DNA of 54,254 nucleotides from NCBI GenBank assembly GCA_028709585.1, contig JAQVWS010000002.1, forward strand, positions 1-54,254, written 5' to 3'. Below are positions 47,184 to 54,254 of the stretch, piece after piece. Origin of the DNA: Syntrophomonas sp. Its GTDB lineage: Bacteria > Bacillota > Syntrophomonadia > Syntrophomonadales > Syntrophomonadaceae. The first letter of the stretch is position 1, and each line of letters begins with the position of its first letter. The notes under the pieces are model-generated. The model had not been told where the DNA came from and ran no database searches. It saw nothing but the letters and a program-made list of their open reading frames with translations. The position numbers were made by a program, and so were the translations under genes.

Positions 47184-47567
47184 ATGATGGTAAGGGGAAT
47201 TAGGGGCGCTATTACCGTAAAAGAGGATAATGCCGAAGAAATATTACAGGCTACAACTGAGGTTCTGGAAGAAATAATTAAACAAAATGATCTGAATATA
47301 CAGCAAATTGCCAGCATAATATTTACAGCTACTGCTGATATCAAATCGGTTTTTCCGGCTCAAGCGGCTCGTTTAATGGGTTTAAATATGGTACCTCTAA
47401 TGTGCGCTCAGGAGATTGAAGTGCCAGGGTCACTTCCGCTCTGCATCAGGCTGCTGCTTTATGTTAATACTGATAAAGAACAGGATGAAATATATCATGT
47501 TTTTCTTAAGGATGCCGCTAAACTAAGAACAGATTTGCCAAGAAGAAGTGATGCTGAAACGAAGTAA
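47184..47567 (+). CDS. aroH: Chorismate mutase, AroH class
   Basis: VRGIRGAITV..N....I...T.E.L.E......L....I.SIIFT.T.D......PA.AAR is the AroH N-terminal signature. Confidence 0.9.
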   Translation: MMVRGIRGAITVKEDNAEEILQATTEVLEEIIKQNDLNIQQIASIIFTATADIKSVFPAQAARLMGLNMVPLMCAQEIEVPGSLPLCIRLLLYVNTDKEQDEIYHVFLKDAAKLRTDLPRRSDAETK

Positions 47568-47813
47568 CAGGATTACTCAATATTTATCGAGCTAGGGTAA
47601 GATGTGCATTAAGAATTTCGAAGGATGCATATTCGCTAATAAAAGAATCTCCGTATCTCTAATGCAGGGCAACGGGGATTTTGTGCGTAATAGACAGATG
47701 TAAATCAGCAAAGCGTTTATTCTGTTTTCAGAATCTTTAGTATTATTAGGTTGAGCCCATGTTATACTAATTGCATACATAATTTAAGGATTGAACCATG
47801 GGAGAATAATTTA

Positions 47814-48647
47814 ATGCAACGATTTAAACTGGCTGCACGGAATGAGAAAAGTAAAAATACTGTGGTGGCGATTCCTGCATCGGGACAAACCCTTTACATT
47901 GGTGAAGGATATTGCACTGTCATTGCGGGGCCATGTGCAGTCGAAAGCAGAGACTCCTTTGTGAAAACAGCCCTGCTCCTAAAAGAAATGGGAGCGCATA
48001 TATTGCGAGGTGGTCTTTTCAAGCCGCGAACATCACCTTATTCATTTAAAGGATTGGGAAGAGAAGGACTGGCAATAATGGCGGAAGCCCGTGAATTGAC
48101 GGGGTTGCCGCTGGTGAGCGAGATTATGGACGTTAGAGACTTGGATTATATGTATGAGCAGGTTGATATTCTGCAGGTGGGCAGTAGAAATATGCAGAAT
48201 TTTACCTTGCTGGAAGAATTGGGCCGGCTTGAAAAACCAGTTCTGCTAAAAAGGGGTTTATCAGCCACCATTGAGGAATGGCTTTTGGCCGCGGAATATA
48301 TTCTGAGTAACGGAAATCCCAGAGTTATATTATGCGAAAGGGGTATCCGCACATTTGAGATATTGACCCGTAATACAGTTGACATTGGGGCTGTTCCTTT
48401 GCTCAAGCAATTATCACATCTTCCGATTATAGTTGATCCCAGCCATGCAACCGGGAAATGGAAAATGGTAATCCCTGTTGCGAAGGCAGCGATTGCAGCA
48501 GGAGCGGATGGAGTTATGGTTGAGGTGCACCCCGACCCTGACCAAGCGCTTTCTGATGGCAAACAATCCTTAACCCCGCAAAACTTTCGGATACTATATG
48601 AGCAAATAAAAAAAATAGCCGATCTGGATGGTAAGATTTTGGTTTAA
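47814..48647 (+). CDS. 3-deoxy-7-phosphoheptulonate (DAHP) synthase, type I-beta
   Basis: IAGPCAVES...GA.ILRGG.FKPRTSPYSF.GLG..GL....LP.V.E....RD......DILQVG.RNMQNF.LL...G....PVLLKRG...PSHATG. The ATG at 47814 follows GGGAGA, so the ORF-track start at 47751 is probably too early. Confidence 0.9.
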   Translation: MQRFKLAARNEKSKNTVVAIPASGQTLYIGEGYCTVIAGPCAVESRDSFVKTALLLKEMGAHILRGGLFKPRTSPYSFKGLGREGLAIMAEARELTGLPLVSEIMDVRDLDYMYEQVDILQVGSRNMQNFTLLEELGRLEKPVLLKRGLSATIEEWLLAAEYILSNGNPRVILCERGIRTFEILTRNTVDIGAVPLLKQLSHLPIIVDPSHATGKWKMVIPVAKAAIAAGADGVMVEVHPDPDQALSDGKQSLTPQNFRILYEQIKKIADLDGKILV

Positions 48648-48803
48648 ATTATTTGTAGAAAAAATAACTGTTGTCTTGAATTGTGTCCGGAAAGCACAAC
48701 TGTGTGGAATATCTATTCAATTAGATTAAAGGATGTGATCAAGGAATAAACGTTATTAAAAATGGAACACCAGATGATCTTCATAGTAGTATGCAGATAA
48801 ATA

Positions 48804-48823
48804 CTACTATCGATTACTATCGA
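48804..48823. repeat. 10-bp tandem duplication
   Basis: TACTATCGAT TACTATCGAA. Confidence 0.6.
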
Positions 48824-49000
48824 ATTAAGTAATATTAGATATATAATTGGAAGTGAGTAAGAAAATAAGTATGGGTTGATTTTGCATGCATATTTTCTTA
48901 AACAAATTTGTTCGTTCATTTCATAGCTGTCATTCTCAGTGAAGGTTCATAAGGCTCCCCCTGCGGGCAATTTATATGCTCTGCCGGCAACATAATTATT

Positions 49001-49016
49001 ATAGCTTCATAGCTTC
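49001..49016. repeat. 8-bp perfect tandem duplication
   Basis: ATAGCTTC ATAGCTTC. The near-identical decamers CTGCGGGCAA and CTGCCGGCAA lie 20 bp apart just upstream (48961-48990). Confidence 0.6.
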
Positions 49017-49343
49017 GGTTTAGATTTGAATCACAGAATACGAGTTACTTAGAACTCCAGGTGCGTAGTAATACGGTTAATAATAATGACAAACCAAGGA
49101 TAAATAAAAATTATTGAACTGGCACGTTAATTGCATTATAAGCTTTAGAGAAAACATAAGGAATTTTAAGATTGATGGGGGGAGTATAAGAATAAAACTA
49201 CAATCAATTACAGATTCCATGAAAAATAAGCTTGAGATAGAAATATTTTGTATTTTTATAGAATCAGGCTATTAATCTTGCGTTAGAAGAGATAAAGAAC
49301 CCCCAGAGGAGGATTCACCTATAGAACAATACCAATGTTTACT

Positions 49344-49420
49344 GCTGGATATAGATATTTTGCTGGAGTATTATAGAGATATTGGTGCCAGATGTATTAG
49401 GTGCTGAGTATTGATATTTA
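49344..49420. repeat. Degenerate tandem array, about 4 units of 16-22 bp
   Basis: GCTGGATATAGATATTTT / GCTGGAGTATTATAGAGATATT / GGTGCCAGATGTATTA / GGTGCTGAGTATTGATATTTA. Confidence 0.5.
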
Positions 49421-49860
49421 TAATAAAATCATATTATAATAACCCTTTAGAGGCCTGATAAATTCTTCAGAAAAGTGATGTAGCAACAACTGAAATATTT
49501 AGAATTATGTAATATTTATAGACCATAATGAGGCTGAATAAAATCGTGCTGTACTCGGGAAAAACTCGGAAGATGGATGTACAAGCTCAAATTATAATGA
49601 GATTTATCCCAGCGATCTTTATATGGCAGGTTCTATAATAATTGTATAATTGCCGCAGTATCATCAAGATAAATGAAATTTGGTTGGACAAAATGATATT
49701 TGCCGGAAAATTGTCTAGCATATTATCGGATCTAAACAACTAAAATCAAACTGAAGTACGGATGTTATAGCTATTCAATTATTCAGTAGCTAAATAATAT
49801 CAATCGGGCAGATGCAATAATTAAGGGTCGAGGGCTAGATCCAGGAAAGGTGGGGAGTAT

Positions 49861-50001
49861 ATGTCATTACCGATGGTTACTTGTTTGTCAGGGCTTTCAG
49901 GAGTATTTGTAGTTATGTCTTTTTTATTGATAATGGTCAATTTGAGTTCCAGATTGGCAATCTCATTAGAGAAGAAGCCGGAACTTGAAAAACAAGCCTA
50001 G
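49861..50001 (+). CDS. oadG: Small membrane subunit of a Na+-translocating decarboxylase (OadG/MmdD-like), below the ORF-track size cutoff
   Basis: ATG with a strong RBS (AGGTGGGGAG, 6 nt spacing). It encodes MSLPMVTCLSGLSGVFVVMSFLLIMVNLSSRLAISLEKKPELEKQA, a single TM helix with a basic/acidic tail, directly upstream of the beta subunit. Confidence 0.6.
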   Translation: MSLPMVTCLSGLSGVFVVMSFLLIMVNLSSRLAISLEKKPELEKQA

Positions 50002-50047
50002 GCATATTTATTAAAGAAAATTAATTGGAGAGAAGGAGTATTTTTAA

Positions 50048-51160
50048 ATGGATTTTCTTCTGAGTATGTGGCAATCAATGTCATTTGATAACCTTTATTG
50101 GGGTCATATTGTTATGTGGCTCATAGCTTTCTTATTTATGTATTTAGCTATTGCCAAGGGTTATGAACCCCTACTGTTATTACCTATAGCCTTTGGTATG
50201 CTTTTAACTAATCTTCCCTCAGATATTATGCAGCCCGGACAAGGATTACTATGGCGTTTCTACCACTACGGTGAAGAATGGGCAGTAATTCCACCCCTGA
50301 TTTTTCTCGGGATAGGTGCTATGACCGACTTCGGACCGGTTATTGCCAATCCCAAGACATTGATTCTAGGTGCAGGCGCACAGGGCGGAGTGTATGTGAC
50401 CTTCTTCGGGGCTCTGCTTTTGGACTTTAATATTCGCCAGGCAGCGGTTATTGGTATTATTGGCGGTGCTGACGGACCAACTACTATATTCTTAGCTTCC
50501 AAACTGGCTCCGGAAATGATGGGAATCTGCGCGGTGGCAGCCTATTCTTACATGGCTCTGGTACCGGTTATCCAGCCGCCGGTTATGAGACTTCTAACCA
50601 CTGAGAGTCAAAGAAAGATTCGCATGAAATCTCTGCGCAAGGTTTCGAAACTGGAGAAAATATTCTTCCCTATCATCACGGTTATTATTATTACCTTGGT
50701 TGTGCCCGATGCTGCAGCTTTGATGGGCATGTTCTGCCTGGGTAATCTGATGAGAGAATCTGGAGTTGTTGAACGTCTCAGCCAAACAGCTCAAAACGAA
50801 TTGATGAATATTGTTACTATTTTCCTGGGAATATCAGTTGGTGCTACCATGCCGGCTGAGCTGTTCCTGACCCCCGCGGTTATAGGAGTATTTATTTTGG
50901 GAACGGTGGCCTTTGCCGGTGCTACTGCCTGCGGACTGGGCTTAGCTCACCTTATGAACCTGTTCCTGAAGGAAAAGATCAATCCATTGATTGGTGCAGC
51001 TGGAGTTTCGGCCGTGCCGATGGCAGCCCGGGTATGCCATAAGGTTGGACAGGAAGCCGACAAGAGGAATTACTTGCTGATGCACGCCATGGGCCCGAAC
51101 GTAGCTGGAGTTATTGGTACTGCAGTGGCTGCAGGTATGTTTATCAGCGTTTTGAAGTAA
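50048..51160 (+). CDS. oadB: Na+-translocating decarboxylase beta subunit (OadB/MmdB/GcdB family)
   Basis: Polytopic membrane protein with the conserved blocks [34 protein letters not shown] and [13 protein letters not shown]. Confidence 0.92.
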   Translation: MDFLLSMWQSMSFDNLYWGHIVMWLIAFLFMYLAIAKGYEPLLLLPIAFGMLLTNLPSDIMQPGQGLLWRFYHYGEEWAVIPPLIFLGIGAMTDFGPVIANPKTLILGAGAQGGVYVTFFGALLLDFNIRQAAVIGIIGGADGPTTIFLASKLAPEMMGICAVAAYSYMALVPVIQPPVMRLLTTESQRKIRMKSLRKVSKLEKIFFPIITVIIITLVVPDAAALMGMFCLGNLMRESGVVERLSQTAQNELMNIVTIFLGISVGATMPAELFLTPAVIGVFILGTVAFAGATACGLGLAHLMNLFLKEKINPLIGAAGVSAVPMAARVCHKVGQEADKRNYLLMHAMGPNVAGVIGTAVAAGMFISVLK

Positions 51161-51320
51161 GCTATTATTTGAGCCTGAGGTTAATATGATAATGTTAAGC
51201 TAGTCATAATGCTGAGCTTATGATGTATTAATTTAAATAGGTTTAGTATATGATAAGCGAGTACAATCATTTTAACTTTAGTAATAAAAAACAAAATTAT
51301 TAAAAGGAGGAGTTTTTCGA

Positions 51321-51533
51321 ATGGCAACTATTGAAAGCCCAATGGCAGGAAAAGTATTGGAGATCAACGTTAATGTTGGAGACACTATTGCTGAGGATGA
51401 TGAGATAATAGTTCTCGAAGCTATGAAAATGGAGAATCCTATCTTTGCAACCGATGGCGGCGTAGTAAAGGAAATCAAGGTTAAAGATGGCCAGCAGATA
51501 GCAGAAGGCGAAGTTATATTAGTTTTGGAATAA
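51321..51533 (+). CDS. Biotin carboxyl carrier (biotinyl domain) subunit
   Basis: A 70-aa biotinyl/lipoyl domain with the EAMKMEN biotinylation motif. AAGGAGGAG RBS. Confidence 0.9.
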   Translation: MATIESPMAGKVLEINVNVGDTIAEDDEIIVLEAMKMENPIFATDGGVVKEIKVKDGQQIAEGEVILVLE

Positions 51534-51592
51534 TCCAAAGCAGTTTTACGCCTAGACAAGCCTCAAAAGAGCAGTAATAATTCAGATCAGAG

Positions 51593-51630
51593 AACCGCTT
51601 GAAAGATAGTTTGTTTCAAGCGGTTTTTTG
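51593..51630 (+). terminator. Terminator after the decarboxylase cluster
   Basis: AACCGCTTGAAA gatagtttg TTTCAAGCGGTT followed by TTTT. Confidence 0.85.
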
Positions 51631-51797
51631 CAACTAAAAAGATGTTTATAAGTTAGCTCAAATTAATGATTATTATCAAAATATACTAAAGAACAAAGAA
51701 ATACCTCCGTATTTTTGGTTACATTTAGTGAATATTAATAAAAACCAGTATGCTATAATCAAATAGTTGATTTTAGATACTAGGGAGTGAATAACAG

Positions 51798-52202
51798 TTG
51801 GCTCGTATGTACCAGGTCCAAGCTAAAGAAGTAAATTGCAGATCATGTAATAAAACGGTAATGGAGGACGCATATCATTGCCCCGATTGTAATGTTGGCG
51901 CGCCGGGAATATACAGCCGATGTCCCCAATGTAAGTCAGAGAACTATGTTTATCATAAATATGGCTATGCTTTTATACGGGGGCTGCTGGCTATCTGTAT
52001 AGTAGGTCCACTGGGACCGATATTCGGCTTTATCGGCTATAACCGAACCGAATGTATATGCTTGGATTGTAAGCAGGGATGGTTTCCTTTCCAGCCGGAA
52101 GAACAATATACTCGTTTAAATACCTATGTGGGCGAAGAAGGAAGAATGTCCAGAAAATTCAAGCAAATACCCTCCAATACAACAGCGGAAAAAGGTAATT
52201 AG
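51798..52202 (+). CDS. Double zinc-ribbon protein with an embedded hydrophobic segment (LITAF-like topology)
   Basis: CRSCNK...CPDCN, then CPQCKS, a ~25-aa hydrophobic stretch (FIRGLLAICIVGPLGPIFGFIGY), then CICLDCKQGW. TTG start with a GGGAG RBS. Confidence 0.5.
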   Translation: MARMYQVQAKEVNCRSCNKTVMEDAYHCPDCNVGAPGIYSRCPQCKSENYVYHKYGYAFIRGLLAICIVGPLGPIFGFIGYNRTECICLDCKQGWFPFQPEEQYTRLNTYVGEEGRMSRKFKQIPSNTTAEKGN

Positions 52203-52293
52203 CTGTTATTGATGTATATTAGTAGGTTCGTCTTAATTGCACATGATTGTCCATTTAAGCTGTTAGCTGATAAAGAAAGGTGAAGGAATTGTA

Positions 52294-52950
52294 ATGGAGC
52301 TGTTCATGCCCGTATTGTCTGTTCTGCTTATTGATATTGTCTTAAGCGGTGATAATGCTATTGTTATAGCCCTGGCCTGCAGAGCCCTGCCGCCTCATCA
52401 AAAAAAGAAAGCCATACTCTTAGGCAGCGGCTTGGCTGTATTGCTTAGATGTATATCAGTGGTGGTGGTCACCTTCCTGATGCGAGTTCCTTACCTTCAA
52501 TTCGTAGGGGGTTTGGCATTGGTGTATATTGGCTTCGGATTGCTGGTGGGCGGAGAGGAAGATGAACATATTGAAGCGGCCGACAACCTGGCTAAGGCGG
52601 TTAAGACCATTATTATAGCCGATTTTATTATGTGTTTGGATAATGTGCTGGCTATTGCCGGTGTAGCCAAAGGAGATTGGCTGGTTATAATAATTGGGTT
52701 AGCCATAAGTGTTCCGTGTGTTGTCTTTGGAGCTCAAATATTATCGGCGGTTATGAGTAAATGGCCGGTTGTAGTATATATAGGTGCGGGCTTAATCGCC
52801 TATACGGCCGCAGAAATGATAGTGACTGATGCCAAAACCGTTCACTATCTGGAACCATATGCGCTGGTGATAAAGGCAGCAGTGGTGTTAGGAGTGCTGG
52901 GTTATGGCTATTGGATTCATAAAAAGAGGCAGGCAGTATATAAGCTTTAA
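52294..52950 (+). CDS. TerC/YjbE-family integral membrane protein
   Basis: IDIVLSGDNAIVIALA and ADFIMCLDNVLAIAGVA are the duplicated TerC motifs. Confidence 0.88.
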   Translation: MELFMPVLSVLLIDIVLSGDNAIVIALACRALPPHQKKKAILLGSGLAVLLRCISVVVVTFLMRVPYLQFVGGLALVYIGFGLLVGGEEDEHIEAADNLAKAVKTIIIADFIMCLDNVLAIAGVAKGDWLVIIIGLAISVPCVVFGAQILSAVMSKWPVVVYIGAGLIAYTAAEMIVTDAKTVHYLEPYALVIKAAVVLGVLGYGYWIHKKRQAVYKL

Positions 52951-52967
52951 TTAATTAACAGCAAGAA

Positions 52968-53006
52968 TAAAGCCCTTCGTTGCAATAGGCAAGAGGGCTT
53001 TTTTAT
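52968..53006. terminator. Bidirectional terminator between the TerC-family gene and trpS
   Basis: AAAGCCCTTCG ttgcaataggca AGAGGGCTTTTTT. Confidence 0.75.
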
Positions 53007-53019
53007 TCTGGCTGGATGT

Positions 53020-54015
53020 TTACTTGAAGTAGTTTATTCCCATGGCGTCTCTTACTTCGGACATGGTTTCTTTGGCAACCTGGTGTGCTTTTTTGGTACC
53101 TTCCAGCAAAATATCTTTTACTAACCCAGGGTCTTGGGAGTACTTGATCCTTCTCTCCCGCATGGGGGACAGTAATTCATCGAGACATTCAGCCAATCGT
53201 TTTTTGCATGCCACACAGCCGATCTCACCTCGACGACACTCACCTTCTATTTGGGTTACCTCATTCTTATTAAAGACCTGATGATATTCATAGATGGTAC
53301 ATACTTCAGGGTGTCCAGGATCGTTTTTGTGAACCCGGGCTGGGTCGGTTACCGCGTTCATGACCTTTTTTCTCAGCTCCTGGGAGTCATCGCTTAAGTA
53401 GATAGCATTATTTAGGCTTTTGCTCATTTTGGCTTTACCGTCCAGACCTACCAGCCGCGGCACTGAACCCAGCAGTATATCTGGCTCGATCAGCACTGGC
53501 CGGTACAGATCATTAAAACGTCGGGCAATTTTGCGGGTAAACTCCAGATGTGGAATCTGGTCTTCCCCCACCGGTACCAGGTTGGCTTTGAAAATAGTAA
53601 TATCAGCAGCCTGGCTGACCGGATAACCAAGAAAACCGTAGGTCATATCGCTGAAACCGTGCTGCTGCGCTTCGGATTTTACCGTAGGGTTATGCCTTAA
53701 AACATTGACGGTGGTAAACATGGAAAAATACATGGTGAGTTCATGAATTTCCGGGATCATGCTCTGAATAAAAATGGTAGATATTTCTGGGTTTAGTCCT
53801 GCCGCCAGATAGTCTTCGGCAATTTGCATAGTATCACGGCTTAAATTTTCCGGATTTTCAAAATTAGTAGTCAAAGCCTGAACATCAGCAATAATTATAT
53901 AACTGTCATATTCTTCCTGCAGCTTAACCCGATTGGCGACACTGCCTACATAATGTCCCAGATGCAGTTTTCCGGTGGGGCGGTCGCCGGTAAGGATCCT
54001 TTTTCTGTTGACCAT
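53020..54015 (-). CDS. trpS: Tryptophan--tRNA ligase
   Basis: RILTGDRPTGKLHLGHYVG (HIGH motif) and KMSKS (GKAKMSKSLNN). Length is 331 aa. Confidence 0.96.
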   Translation of the reverse strand: MVNRKRILTGDRPTGKLHLGHYVGSVANRVKLQEEYDSYIIIADVQALTTNFENPENLSRDTMQIAEDYLAAGLNPEISTIFIQSMIPEIHELTMYFSMFTTVNVLRHNPTVKSEAQQHGFSDMTYGFLGYPVSQAADITIFKANLVPVGEDQIPHLEFTRKIARRFNDLYRPVLIEPDILLGSVPRLVGLDGKAKMSKSLNNAIYLSDDSQELRKKVMNAVTDPARVHKNDPGHPEVCTIYEYHQVFNKNEVTQIEGECRRGEIGCVACKKRLAECLDELLSPMRERRIKYSQDPGLVKDILLEGTKKAHQVAKETMSEVRDAMGINYFK

Positions 54016-54254
54016 ATTATTCCTCCTGCTTCTATATTAATAATAAACATATTTAATAATCACAATTAACATTTAAAATATCATTATAAGCCACAAAATT
54101 CAAGTACCTGCCAACTATGTAGGTATTGACCCGGCTGACACATTTGCGTTATTTATTGAATATTTAAGTATCAGGTCATCACTTTTAACAACTTTGACAG
54201 CCATTTTCCTGCAGTCCCATCCATGAAAAATTAGACGAAAAAATGTGCATATGT

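Noticed and set aside
47568-47813. Regulatory RNA or HutP-type UAG-repeat site between aroH and the DAHP synthase gene
   Set aside because: UAG triplets are present but not in the UAG-N4-UAG-N4-UAG arrangement. No terminator hairpin is visible, so there is not enough evidence to call a feature.
48713-48919. 68-aa minus-strand ORF in the non-coding stretch
   Set aside because: No RBS, an AT-rich low-complexity translation, and no homology I can recognise.
52203-52293. yybP-ykoY (Mn2+) riboswitch upstream of the TerC-family gene
   Set aside because: The gap is only about 90 nt and lacks the conserved GGGGAGUAG-type blocks.
54016-54254. Expected T-box leader upstream of trpS
   Set aside because: The reverse complement of this region lacks the GGTGGTACCGCG T-box sequence and a terminator near the start codon. 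The leader may extend beyond the window, so absence is provisional.

Overview
About 54 kb of chromosome from a spore-forming anaerobic Firmicute. The Clostridia-type assignment rests on gene content: bofC-like, ytfI/ytfJ and spmAB sporulation genes, RuvC, the QueH type of epoxyqueuosine reductase, an fhs/folE pair and Na+-decarboxylase subunits. GC looks like roughly 40% by eye. Most of the window is conserved housekeeping sequence on the + strand: nfeD-SPFH, tatA, a SAM-riboswitch-controlled methionine/homocysteine operon, yebC, ruvCAB-queH-queA-tgt-yajC-secDF, dtd, scpAB, spmAB, fhs, a T-box-controlled ilvA-ridA pair, larB, aroH plus a DAHP synthase, and trpS. Five things are not explained by ordinary gene content. 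(1) The left edge is the end of an integrated element whose large serine recombinase abuts a truncated comM. (2) Three same-orientation copies of a decayed IS200-like/RAYT-type Y1 (HUH) transposase gene are each bounded by a ~22-bp terminal inverted repeat, at 25372-25707, 34071-34431 and 45623-46158. Two copies share one internal deletion, which implies a non-autonomous derivative was mobilised. (3) A ~213-nt GC-rich, helix-rich island closed by a 9-bp inverted repeat lies upstream of ruvC. (4) A terminator-type attenuator sits in the leader of a cation-diffusion-facilitator (CDF) gene and may be a metal riboswitch. (5) A ~1.2-kb AT-rich stretch with no credible ORF, full of short tandem duplications, lies upstream of a Na+-translocating decarboxylase cluster that lacks its carboxyltransferase subunit. 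No CRISPR array, rRNA or tRNA gene was seen. All homology calls come from motif recognition by eye and need HMM/BLAST confirmation.
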